Assembly (NCBI GenBank): GCA_963700275.1
Contig: CAVOWZ010000005.1
Span: forward strand, 12,818 to 76,817
DNA from: an uncultured Bacteroidales bacterium
Lineage (GTDB): Bacteria > Bacteroidota > Bacteroidia > Bacteroidales > VadinHA17
Direction: 5' to 3'
Length of the DNA: 64,000 nt
The notes under the pieces are model-generated. The model ran no database searches. It was not told the origin of the DNA and saw nothing but the letters and a program-made list of their open reading frames with translations. Below are positions 1 through 9,336 of this stretch, in pieces (the first letter of the stretch is position 1; each line of letters begins with the position of its first letter). A program made the translations under genes and the position numbers.

Positions 1-965
1 TCAACTCAGTTTTACGGAAAATTGGATTTGAAAAAGTGTATACTACCGGTACAGGGACTGATCTCTTTATTTCGGAGGTAACCGGTCAGCTTGTCAGTAA
101 TATAGATAGCGGGAGAGATAAACCATTATTTATTTCAGCATGCCCGGCATGGATCAAGTTTGCAGAGCAGAGTATGCCTGAAATTCTTCCGTCATTGTCC
201 ACTGTCAAATGTCCCCAGCAGTTAACAGGTGCAATTATTAAAACCCTGGTTGCAGATCAGGCAGGATTAAAGCCGGAAAAGATCTTTTCAGTTTCAGCAA
301 CGCCCTGTACAGCCATGAAATTTGAAGCCAGACGTGACGGCATGATGCGAAAAGGGATAAGCGATATCGACTCGGTACTTACAGTGAGGGAACTTGGCAG
401 GCTTATAAGGCTTTACGGTATTGACGTTACGAATACGGATTCTGAGCAGGCAGATCATCCCATGGAAGGGTATAGTTCATCGGCAGCTCTGTCGGAAATT
501 TCTGGCGGTCTGACTGAAGCTGTTATAAAATCACTTTTCTCTATAAAGTATAAGAAAGAAGTTGATAAACAACACTTTAAAAAACTCCGGGCAGGAGGAT
601 CCTTCAGGGAAGCTTCAATTATGGCTGATAGTACTGAAATATTTGTTGCCGTTGTTGACGGACTGACAGGACTGGAAAAGCTGAAAGCATCAATTGATGC
701 CGGTAAGAAATATGACCTTGTTGAAGTAATGGTCTGCCCCGGGGGCTGTATAAACGGTGCCGGAATGCCGTTCAGGAATCAGAAAGATGACAGGAAGAAT
801 TTAATAAAAATGATATATCAGACTGATGAAACCGGAGCTATAGACCTTCCTGAAAAGTCGCCTGTGATGATCAACCTGAATGAGAAACTGATAAAAGATA
901 ACAGCGAAATAGCTGATAAAAAGATCTTTCATACTCATTATGTAAAAAGAAATGTTCTGCTGTAA
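1..965 (+). CDS. [FeFe]-hydrogenase catalytic-domain protein, C-terminal part (5' truncated by window), with divergent H-cluster motifs
   Basis: Frame is open from the window start (NSVLRKIGFEKVYT, cf. ALRxLGFDxVFDT). L1 ISACPAW, L2 TPCTAMKFE, L3 EVMVCPGGCINGAG, and the terminal FHTHY motif are present. Confidence 0.85.
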   Translation, partial: NSVLRKIGFEKVYTTGTGTDLFISEVTGQLVSNIDSGRDKPLFISACPAWIKFAEQSMPEILPSLSTVKCPQQLTGAIIKTLVADQAGLKPEKIFSVSATPCTAMKFEARRDGMMRKGISDIDSVLTVRELGRLIRLYGIDVTNTDSEQADHPMEGYSSSAALSEISGGLTEAVIKSLFSIKYKKEVDKQHFKKLRAGGSFREASIMADSTEIFVAVVDGLTGLEKLKASIDAGKKYDLVEVMVCPGGCINGAGMPFRNQKDDRKNLIKMIYQTDETGAIDLPEKSPVMINLNEKLIKDNSEIADKKIFHTHYVKRNVLL

Positions 966-977
966 AACTGTACGATA

Positions 978-2939
978 ATGCTTGTTTACACCATAAAAGA
1001 GCTCTGCCGCACATGTTACACATGCGTCAGGGAATGTCCTGCCAGGGCTATACGTATTGTTGGGGGACAGGCTGAGGTAATTGAGGAAAGGTGTATTGCC
1101 TGCGGTAATTGCACAAAAGTATGCAGTCAGGGAGCTAAAGTATATCTCAGCACCGCAGACAGGGTTCTTACTCTGTTGGATGAAGGACATGAAGTAGCTG
1201 CAATTATTGCACCAAGCTTTCCGGCAGAATTCTCTGATATTCCGGATTACAGAAAGCTGGTGGGAATGATACGGGCAATAGGGTTTAAATATGTTGCAGA
1301 AGTTTCTTTCGGGGCAGATCTTGTTGCCGACAAATACAAGCAGCTGGTAGAGGAAAGCAAGGAGAATTTTATTTCTTCTGACTGTCCATCCATAGTCAAT
1401 TATGTAAAATATTATCATCCGGGCCTTGTCGACAGGCTTGCTCCGATTGTTTCGCCGATGGTTGCAATGGCAAGGGTTATTCATGCAAAATACGGGGAAG
1501 CGACAAAAGTCGTTTTTATTGGTCCTTGTGTTGCGAAAAAGGCAGAAAGCAGTGATGTGGATGAAGCAATAACCTTCAGGGAACTGAGGGAACTTCTGGC
1601 ACAGCTTGGCATCTCCCCCGACAATGTTCAGCCTTCTGATTTTGATCCGCCGGTGGGAGGAAGAGGAGCAATTTTCCCGGTCACCAGAGGTCTTCTTCAG
1701 ACAGCAAATATTAACGACGATGCAATAACCGGAAATATAATAGCAGCAGAGGGAAGAATAGGTTTCCAGGAAGCCCTGAAGGAATTTGAAGCGGGCCTGA
1801 TAAAAAAACAGAACATGGAGTTGCTGTGCTGTGAAGGATGCATAATGGGACCTGGTCTTTCAAAGAACGGAAAGCAATATAACAGGCGGGCTCTTGTCAG
1901 TACGTATGCAAACCATAAAATGGAGGTTCTGGATGAGATTTCATGGAAGGCATATATCGACGAATATTCAAATCTGGATCTCTCGGTTTATCACCGGGCT
2001 GATGACCATCGTATCCATTTGCCAGACGAGGAAGATGTTAATGAAGTCCTGGTCTCGATGGGCAAACTGACAAAAAAAGATCAGCTGGATTGTGGTGCCT
2101 GCGGGTATGAAACCTGTCTGGAACATGCAGTTGCAGTTAAGAAAGGGCTGGCGGAGATTGAAATGTGTCTCCCGTACACTATCGAAAAACTTCATAAATC
2201 AGTAAACGAGCTGGCTCTGTCAAACGAAAAGCTGAGCTCCATGCAGCAGGCTCTCAAACAATCTGAAAAGCTTGCTCACATGGGACAGCTGTCAGCCGGT
2301 ATTGCACATGAGCTCAATAATCCTCTGGGAATTGTAATAATGTACAGCAATATCCTGCTCGACGAAAGCAGGCCGGAGGATCCGGTAAGGGAAGACCTTC
2401 AGCTTATTGTGGAGCAGGCAGGCAGGTGTAAGAAAATAGTAGGAGGTCTGCTCAATTTTGCAAGGAAAAGTCAGGTTAACCATCAGCTTGTAAACATAAA
2501 GGAACTCGTTACACACAGTCTGGAAAGTGTTATCGTCCCTGAGAATGTAACCGTAAAAATTGCTGATCAGGCAGGTGATCCTGAAGCAATGCTCGACTCA
2601 GAGCAGATGATCCAGGTATTGTCAAACCTTATTAAAAATGCTCTTGATGCCATGCAGGGAGGCGGGGAGATCAATATCCTTCTTGAAGATTCGCTCAGCG
2701 ACGTCACCATAACTGTGGGAGATTCGGGCACAGGGATAAAGGAAGAGGACAGGGTAAAAATATTTGAGCCATTCTATACTACAAAGGGACTCGGACATGG
2801 AACAGGACTTGGTCTGGCTACAACCTATGGCATTGTAAAAATGCATAAAGGTCAGATCACAGTCGAATCCAATACCGATCCGGCCTCAGGTCCGACGGGA
2901 ACGAAGTTTAAGATTGTGTTGCCAAGACGGAAGGAATGA
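978..2939 (+). CDS. Sensory [FeFe]-hydrogenase fused to histidine kinase (group C1-type)
   Basis: N-terminal 2x[4Fe-4S] (CRTCYTCVRECP, CIACGNCTKVC). H-domain motifs SSDCP, GPCVAKKAE, ELLCCEGCIMGPG. FeS motif DCGACGY..C..C. HisKA GIAHELNNPL and HATPase N/G1/F/G2 boxes. Confidence 0.9.
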   Translation: MLVYTIKELCRTCYTCVRECPARAIRIVGGQAEVIEERCIACGNCTKVCSQGAKVYLSTADRVLTLLDEGHEVAAIIAPSFPAEFSDIPDYRKLVGMIRAIGFKYVAEVSFGADLVADKYKQLVEESKENFISSDCPSIVNYVKYYHPGLVDRLAPIVSPMVAMARVIHAKYGEATKVVFIGPCVAKKAESSDVDEAITFRELRELLAQLGISPDNVQPSDFDPPVGGRGAIFPVTRGLLQTANINDDAITGNIIAAEGRIGFQEALKEFEAGLIKKQNMELLCCEGCIMGPGLSKNGKQYNRRALVSTYANHKMEVLDEISWKAYIDEYSNLDLSVYHRADDHRIHLPDEEDVNEVLVSMGKLTKKDQLDCGACGYETCLEHAVAVKKGLAEIEMCLPYTIEKLHKSVNELALSNEKLSSMQQALKQSEKLAHMGQLSAGIAHELNNPLGIVIMYSNILLDESRPEDPVREDLQLIVEQAGRCKKIVGGLLNFARKSQVNHQLVNIKELVTHSLESVIVPENVTVKIADQAGDPEAMLDSEQMIQVLSNLIKNALDAMQGGGEINILLEDSLSDVTITVGDSGTGIKEEDRVKIFEPFYTTKGLGHGTGLGLATTYGIVKMHKGQITVESNTDPASGPTGTKFKIVLPRRKE

Positions 2940-2994
2940 GGGGGAGAAGAGGTGAGAGGAGAAAAGGGGATGAGGAGAGGGGGAGACTGTCATG

Positions 2995-3052
2995 ACTTCG
3001 CTACCTACCTCCGCTAAAGCTTCGGAGGTCAACGAAAGCTATGGCTTACAAA
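2995..3052. repeat. Small intergenic palindrome (REP-like)
   Basis: CCTCCG-CTAAAGCTT-CGGAGG hairpin, preceded by a purine-only tract at 2940-2987. Confidence 0.45.
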
Positions 3053-3087
3053 GCACGACTGCACGACTATATAACGAAAAAAACAAT

Positions 3088-3483
3088 ATGCCAAAAAGTG
3101 ATTTCACAATTCTTGTAGCTGATGATGACCCGGATTATCTTTTTCAGACCGTATTCAATCTGAACAAGGCGGGTTATAAAACAATTACAGCGGAGAGCCA
3201 GGCAGAGGCTGAAGCGATAATATCACGCTTCAAACCCGACCTTGCTATTTTTGATCTGATGATGGAAAGTGACGACAGCGGATTTATTTTGTGTTACAAG
3301 ATCAGGAAAAAGTATCCCGATGTTCCGGTGATACTTGCCACTGCCGTTTCGCGTGAGACAGGAATGTCCTTCAGTATAGATACAGAAAAGGAGAGGTCGT
3401 GGATAAGGGCTGACCGGTATCTTGAGAAGGGTATCAGGGCGGAGCAGCTCGATCAGGAAATAATGAAACTTCTAAAAATCTGA
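3088..3483 (+). CDS. Single-domain response regulator (CheY-like receiver)
   Basis: ILVADDD, DLAIFDLMM, VILATA motifs. The ATG at 3088 is preferred over the ORF-track start at 2992, which runs through the repeat. Confidence 0.88.
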   Translation: MPKSDFTILVADDDPDYLFQTVFNLNKAGYKTITAESQAEAEAIISRFKPDLAIFDLMMESDDSGFILCYKIRKKYPDVPVILATAVSRETGMSFSIDTEKERSWIRADRYLEKGIRAEQLDQEIMKLLKI

Positions 3484-3486
3484 AAA

Positions 3487-4623
3487 ATGGCAGTCTTAAA
3501 AGTTCTTGTCATTGATGATGAACCTGGCATACGATCAGGTGTTGCAAGGATACTCAGGGACTTTCATGTCACGTATCCCTTCATGGATGAGGACTATACT
3601 TTTGAACTGATTGAATCTCCGACGGGAGAGGACGGGATAGAAAGAATTGAAAATGATAAACCGGATATAATTCTGCTTGATAATAAATTACCGGGAATTC
3701 AGGGAGTTGATGTGCTGGAGTATATTCATGCGAAGAAACATGATATTGTTGTCGCTATGATAACTTCGTATGCTTCGCTTGATGTTGCAATACGGGCTAC
3801 CCGCGACGGGGCAACTGATTTTATCCCGAAACCTTTCACCCCCCAGGAGCTTAAATCGAGTATTGAAAATATTACAAAACAGTTATATCTGCGGAGAATT
3901 ACACGCCGCCTTACGATCGAGGGAAAACAGATAAGATATCAGTTCCTTTCTGTCCTGTCGCATGAGCTTAAAGCTCCTCTGAATGCCATTGAAGGATATC
4001 TGAGAATGATGCAGGGAAAAGATGCTGGAGAAAGGGTTGATGATTATGCTGATCAGATTGACAGGTCGCTTCAAAGGATACAGGGGATGAGGAACCTGAT
4101 TATGGACCTCCTCGATTTTACCAAAATACGGCTTGAAAAGAAAGAAGGTAATATCCGTCCTGTAGACCTTGCAGAGGTTGCAAGAAATGCTATGGTTACC
4201 GTTCAGCCTTATGCAATCCAGATGGAAGTAAGCCTTAATCTGGACGTAAGGTCCGAAGCTGTTATAAATGCCGATCCTGCAGATATGGAAATCATCTTTA
4301 ACAACCTCGTGTCAAATGCAGTGAAATATAATAAGGTGGGAGGGAAGGCAGATATAATTATAGATTCTACTGACAATGAGGTAGTAATAAGTTTCGCCGA
4401 TTCAGGAATAGGGATCAGAAAAGACGATATCGCAAACCTTTTTACGGAATTTGTAAGGATTAAAAATGATAAAACAAGAAATATAACCGGTAGCGGACTC
4501 GGGCTTTCAATTGTAAAAAAAGTGGTCCAGCTCTATTTCGGTAATATTTCTGTGGAAAGCACTCCGGATGTAGGAACAGTTTTCACATTAAGGATACCAA
4601 AGAGTCCGTCAAACCTAACCTGA
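3487..4623 (+). CDS. Hybrid receiver-histidine kinase
   Basis: Receiver (VLVIDDE, LLDNKLP, FIPKPF) followed by LSHELKAPL, NLVSNAVKYN, DSGIGI and GSGLGL. Confidence 0.92.
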   Translation: MAVLKVLVIDDEPGIRSGVARILRDFHVTYPFMDEDYTFELIESPTGEDGIERIENDKPDIILLDNKLPGIQGVDVLEYIHAKKHDIVVAMITSYASLDVAIRATRDGATDFIPKPFTPQELKSSIENITKQLYLRRITRRLTIEGKQIRYQFLSVLSHELKAPLNAIEGYLRMMQGKDAGERVDDYADQIDRSLQRIQGMRNLIMDLLDFTKIRLEKKEGNIRPVDLAEVARNAMVTVQPYAIQMEVSLNLDVRSEAVINADPADMEIIFNNLVSNAVKYNKVGGKADIIIDSTDNEVVISFADSGIGIRKDDIANLFTEFVRIKNDKTRNITGSGLGLSIVKKVVQLYFGNISVESTPDVGTVFTLRIPKSPSNLT

Positions 4624-4632
4624 AATTATAAT

Positions 4633-5256
4633 ATGAAGTTACCGGGTAAAACTATTGAAAGGCTGAGCGAATACCGCAGAACATTACTGGGGTGTCTCAC
4701 AGAAAATAAGAATTTCATATTTTCCCACGATCTTGCAGCCCGCCTGCATATTACAGCCGTACAGGTAAGGCGCGACCTTATGCTGATAGGCTATTCCTCG
4801 GTACAACGCAAAGGCTATGATGTGAAGGAGCTGATTGAAACCATTGGATCAATAATCGATTCTGAGGTGAGCATGAATGTTGCGATAATCGGAATAGGTA
4901 ACTTTGGAAGGGCAGTTGCTGGTTATTTCAAGGGAAAAAGATCTAAGCTGAACCTTGTTGCATCATTTGATAATGACCCCCAGAAAGTAAATAAAGTTAT
5001 ATCCGGCGTCAGGTGCTATCCGCTCAGTGAAATGGAATCAATGATAAGAGACCTTGACATCCGGATTGCAATTATGACAGTCCCTCCCGATTTTGCTAAG
5101 GAGATTGCAGGTGAAGCTGTCCGCTACGGTATAAAGGGGATACTCAATTTCACCACCGTACCCCTTAATGTACCGTCATGGGTATTCCTTGAAGAATATG
5201 ATATGATCACTTCAATTGAAAAAGTAGCTTATTTCGTAAAGGAAAACACACTTTAG
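4633..5256 (+). CDS. rex: Redox-sensing transcriptional repressor Rex
   Basis: TIERLSEY, QVRRDL, GYDV winged helix; GIGNFGRA Rossmann motif; GIKGILNF. Confidence 0.93.
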   Translation: MKLPGKTIERLSEYRRTLLGCLTENKNFIFSHDLAARLHITAVQVRRDLMLIGYSSVQRKGYDVKELIETIGSIIDSEVSMNVAIIGIGNFGRAVAGYFKGKRSKLNLVASFDNDPQKVNKVISGVRCYPLSEMESMIRDLDIRIAIMTVPPDFAKEIAGEAVRYGIKGILNFTTVPLNVPSWVFLEEYDMITSIEKVAYFVKENTL

Positions 5257-5268
5257 TATTTTCTGGTA

Positions 5269-6189
5269 ATGAATATTTTCAGGGGCTTTGAAGAAGTATC
5301 CGGGATCAGGAATCCTGTCGTGACGACCGGCTCGTTCGATGGTGTTCATATCGGTCATAAAACTATACTTAACAGGCTCAGAATGCTTGCCGGAAAATAT
5401 AACGGTGAGTCGGTCCTCATAACATTCCACCCCCATCCCAGAAAAGTCCTCTACCCCGAAACGGCAGGAAGGGATCTGAGGTTTATAAGCTCACAGGAGG
5501 AAAAGCTCGAACTTCTTCGGGAATCCGGACTTGAAAATGTGATTATCGTTGAATTCACAAGGGAATTTTCAAAAGTCACCAGTGAGCAATTCGTTAGCGA
5601 TTACCTGTGCAGATTATTGAAATCCAGAGTTATAGTTGTAGGCTTCAATCATCATTTCGGTTTTAACCAGGAGGGTGATTATAAACACCTGTGGAGATGG
5701 AGGGAGAAATATAATTTTGAAGCCGAAGAGATACCTGAACAGGAGGTTCAGCACGAAACTGTAAGTTCAACAAAAATCCGTAAAGCCATCAGTGAGGGAT
5801 ATATACAGAGGGCAAATGCATATCTCGACCATTATTACCTTATTATGGGAACACCTTATAAAATCGAATCTCCGGATGAATCCTTAATAAGCAGCCTGTC
5901 AATCGTACCAATAACAGAAGAATGTAAACTACTGCCGTCACCCGGTATTTATGCTGTATCTGTAATTGCTGGAGAGACCGGCTCAAAGGCAATGGCACTC
6001 ATTCTTCAGAACCCCGGGGTACAATCACGGGTAATGCTCAGCATTTTTGACAATGAAGAATTTTATACCGGGAAAAAATGCTCGGTTCTCTTCCATAAAA
6101 AGATACACGGTGAAATCCCTTTTACCGACCCGGGAATTGATTTCCGCCTCAATATGGCAAAGAATGAAATTTCAGAACTGATCTACTGA
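5269..6189 (+). CDS. RibF-like FMN adenylyltransferase with degenerate riboflavin-kinase domain
   Basis: GSFDGVHIGH, TFHPHP, VGFNHHFG and VSSTKIR are present. The C-terminal half keeps P..GIYAV but lacks GxxxGFPTAN. Confidence 0.8.
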   Translation: MNIFRGFEEVSGIRNPVVTTGSFDGVHIGHKTILNRLRMLAGKYNGESVLITFHPHPRKVLYPETAGRDLRFISSQEEKLELLRESGLENVIIVEFTREFSKVTSEQFVSDYLCRLLKSRVIVVGFNHHFGFNQEGDYKHLWRWREKYNFEAEEIPEQEVQHETVSSTKIRKAISEGYIQRANAYLDHYYLIMGTPYKIESPDESLISSLSIVPITEECKLLPSPGIYAVSVIAGETGSKAMALILQNPGVQSRVMLSIFDNEEFYTGKKCSVLFHKKIHGEIPFTDPGIDFRLNMAKNEISELIY

Positions 6190-6274
6190 GTTTCGCTTTT
6201 GCACTCCATAGCCGTCAACTTTAGGAATATTTTAATAACGGAAACTACCATAATTAGCTGGTTTATAAACATAT

Positions 6275-6509
6275 AAGTTTCCCCTCCTTTTAAAGGAGGG
6301 GTGGCCGGGATTGCTGATTTTAAAATGTTTTCAATTGTGCTTTCCCGGCCGGGGTGGTTGAAACAGATTCATCAGAAGTGAGACTAATTTCTCAGAATTG
6401 AATCAACCACCCCGGCCAGACCATTTATATTTCTGCACTTTAGATGATTTTGTGGTCTGGCCACCCCTCCTTAAAAAAAGGAGGGGAAACTTTTATCCTC
6501 AAAACTCCT
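6275..6509. mobile_element. ~220-235 bp MITE/REPIN-like dispersed element with terminal inverted repeats (copy 1)
   Basis: AAGTTTCCCCTCCTTT..GGAGGGGTGGCC ... GGCCACCCCTCC..AAAGGAGGGGAAACTT, with an internal IR (GGCCGGGGTGGTTGA / TCAACCACCCCGGCC). A homologous copy lies at 62229-62451. Confidence 0.8.
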
Positions 6510-6577
6510 CAGATTGACGGCTATGCCTTTGACCCCTGCACCCTTATACCTCATGCGCCTCTGCGCCTCTGCGCCAT

Positions 6578-9118
6578 TCATAACAACTGCCCGAAAAACA
6601 CCGCATTCAGGAATATCTTGTTTGTCCCGTACCAGATAGCCCTGAAATTTGTATTATCATATATTGAAATGACCCTGCCCCTGTGGACTGATAAAAAAGC
6701 AGTTCCTTTCAAGCGGTCGGAATTTTCTTTTGGACAGTAACCGCTCATCAGTGGATCGGCAGTATATACAGCCGGATTATTATAAATATCAGCAACCTTA
6801 CCGGCTGCAGAAGTGCCCGATTTAAAAACCGGGAGGATATTTCTGGTATATCCGTAACAAAGCGGATGTGTCAGATCGAGCTTAACGGAAAATATTGAAC
6901 CGGGGTTCTGCATTGCCTGATTATTGACTGAACGTTCAGCAAAAACACCCTCCTTCAGCTTTGAACCGGAAGCAGCAATAAAATCGATTTCTGCCAGCTT
7001 GTTCCTGACGAGCCAGCTGTTCCCTCCTTTATATGCAATGATTGTCCCTCCCTGCCTGTTCCAGGCTTTTATATTCTCTATTGCTGCAGGGCCCAGATCG
7101 GGGGAGCCTGCAACAATCAGTACATTATACCGGCTGAGATTAACATTACCAAATCTTTGAGCTGTTATCATTGTGAGCGGTATATTAAACCGGGTATCAA
7201 ACATGTGCCATATTTCTCCGGCGTCTGAGCTGCTTGTCCCGTCACCGGCAATCATAGCAACCGAGGGTTTTTCAAGTACACTGAAATTACCGCTGCCCAG
7301 ATCCATACCTGATTCAGTAAATCCGGTATTCACCCCGTACACTGTGAGACGACATTTTTCAGCCACTGATGCGACGATCTTTCTTAATTCTGCCCCGGCC
7401 AACGGCTGATCTTCGGTATGGATCATAATAGTACCGTAAGAAAAATTGTGATCGATTGTACTGTTCCTGAAAGAAAATTTTCCCGTAGAAACGCGGGTTC
7501 TGATACCTGCATTCTGGAGCTCATAAAGCGCTTTCGGAGCGAAATATTCATTCCATTCGAAGAGGTAAGCATAAGGGTCCTCAGGTCCTGATATTTTACC
7601 TTCAGCAACCGGCGGCCCCATAATTTCTTCTCCCTGCAGGCCTTCAATCTCCCTTGACATATTCAGGGCAGAATACTGAATGTTGAATGACATCGGCAGA
7701 ACCCATGTTGAAACATCATAAAAAGTGCTGTCGGTGAAGTTTTTAACAGGATCAAAAAGACTTCTCGCGAATCTGTATTCATCCTGCCGGAGGGGTACAA
7801 TAAAACTGTTTTGAGCCTTGTAAGTGACTCCATCCCTGGATATATCCCTTTGCGTCTTATATATTTTTATCCTGTGGCCTTTTAGTATCCTGATAAATTC
7901 CGAAAGCTTGCTTATATCATCAGGTTCGGTGAAAATATATGCCTTTACAGGATGCTTATCAGCAAGAGCCAGGGCGTCCCTGTAAAATTTTCTCTGGTTT
8001 TCAAGAAGCTTTTCCCTCATAGCCAGCCCTGCTTCAAGTGTCGAAAGGGAAACTGTAAACTGGTTGCGTATTGCAAAGGGGAATGATAAAAGCATATTCG
8101 GAGTCTCTTTCAGATGTCCCTTGACACCTGCCTGTTCAAAAAGAATCCCTACAGACCCATGAATATCAGGGTAAGAGGAGCCTTTACCTACATAGAAGTC
8201 ATCATAACTCTCTTCCGTAAAATAGAGGCTGCCTATTGAGTTAAGAAATTTCTCGTGGTACTTGCCTATTTCTGCAGTAAGATCCTGGTTATCCGGAGGA
8301 GTCAGGGGATTATTTCTGCTCTGTATGCCCGGCTGATAGAAAAATGTGGCATTTGCACCCTGCTCATGATGATCGGTGTTTATATTTGGTCTCCACCTGT
8401 AGAAAGCATCCACACGGCCTATAGACTCGGGATGCTGAAGCATTATATAATCCCTGTTGAGGTCAAACCAGTAGTGGTTGGTCCTTCCTCCCGGCCATGG
8501 CTCACTGAATTCCCAGGAATTGGGATCAGGATTATTGTTAAGGCTTTTCGTGAAATTCACCCATGTGGAATGCCGCTGCATGCCGTCGGGATTCAGCGCA
8601 GGATCAATAAGAATGACGGCATTCTTCAGAAGTTCTTCTGCTTTGCTGCCTTCCCCTGCTGTCAGGTAATATGCTACAAGGGCTGATGCATTCTGCGCGC
8701 TTGATTCATTTCCGTGAATGCCATAACCCAGCTTGATAAAAACCGGGAGATCCTTAATATCAATATTGCCTGATGCCGAAGGATCGGAGAGTTTCAGGTG
8801 CTGTATCCTGAGCTGTTCAAGATTCCTGATATTCTCAGGAGAGCTTATTATCAGATGACCCAGAGGACGGCCTTCATAGCTCCTGCCATACTCCTCCCAC
8901 ACGGCCCGGTCGGAAATCCGGGCCAGCTCCAGCATATAATTATAAAGCTTGTCATGGGTAAGGTGCCATTCCCCCACCTCGTGGCCAAAGAATTTTGCGG
9001 GAACGGTAATTTCCTTATTGTACCTGATATCTTCCGGAAGATAATAGTCTGATGTTACCTGTGAAGAGATTATCTGGCTTAACAGAATAGCCGGTAACAA
9101 AGCAAAAATATTTTTCAT
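6578..9118 (-). CDS. M14 family zinc carboxypeptidase, secreted
   Basis: Signal peptide, IHGNE, NPDG, DLNRD, DHHE motifs, and a C-terminal GATase-like domain. Confidence 0.9.
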   Translation of the reverse strand: MKNIFALLPAILLSQIISSQVTSDYYLPEDIRYNKEITVPAKFFGHEVGEWHLTHDKLYNYMLELARISDRAVWEEYGRSYEGRPLGHLIISSPENIRNLEQLRIQHLKLSDPSASGNIDIKDLPVFIKLGYGIHGNESSAQNASALVAYYLTAGEGSKAEELLKNAVILIDPALNPDGMQRHSTWVNFTKSLNNNPDPNSWEFSEPWPGGRTNHYWFDLNRDYIMLQHPESIGRVDAFYRWRPNINTDHHEQGANATFFYQPGIQSRNNPLTPPDNQDLTAEIGKYHEKFLNSIGSLYFTEESYDDFYVGKGSSYPDIHGSVGILFEQAGVKGHLKETPNMLLSFPFAIRNQFTVSLSTLEAGLAMREKLLENQRKFYRDALALADKHPVKAYIFTEPDDISKLSEFIRILKGHRIKIYKTQRDISRDGVTYKAQNSFIVPLRQDEYRFARSLFDPVKNFTDSTFYDVSTWVLPMSFNIQYSALNMSREIEGLQGEEIMGPPVAEGKISGPEDPYAYLFEWNEYFAPKALYELQNAGIRTRVSTGKFSFRNSTIDHNFSYGTIMIHTEDQPLAGAELRKIVASVAEKCRLTVYGVNTGFTESGMDLGSGNFSVLEKPSVAMIAGDGTSSSDAGEIWHMFDTRFNIPLTMITAQRFGNVNLSRYNVLIVAGSPDLGPAAIENIKAWNRQGGTIIAYKGGNSWLVRNKLAEIDFIAASGSKLKEGVFAERSVNNQAMQNPGSIFSVKLDLTHPLCYGYTRNILPVFKSGTSAAGKVADIYNNPAVYTADPLMSGYCPKENSDRLKGTAFLSVHRGRVISIYDNTNFRAIWYGTNKIFLNAVFFGQLL

Positions 9119-9231
9119 TGCCTGGCAATTATAGTAATTATTGAGTATCAGCTATTAGTAATAATTTGTAAAATATTAAATGGGTCAGATTTACATCACA
9201 TAAGTTATCAAACATTCTCAATTTCACATTC

Positions 9232-9306
9232 TTACCCCCTTTCTTATTTCCCCCAAGGTGGAAATGATCACCTTCCCCCGTGGGGGAAGGCCGGGAAGGG
9301 GGTAAT
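9232..9306. repeat. REP-like nested palindrome
   Basis: TTACCCCCTT...CCTTCCCCCGTGGGGGAAGG..AAGGGGGTAA. Confidence 0.6.
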
Positions 9307-9336
9307 AAATATACTAATAAAATACCCGATTTTTTA

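Noticed and set aside
2992-3087. N-terminal extension of the response regulator
   Set aside because: It runs through an intergenic palindrome; the receiver fold starts at ATG 3088.
1-6200. Rex operator (TTGTGAA-N4-TTCACAA) near rex
   Set aside because: No convincing palindrome was seen; the operon promoter lies upstream of the window.
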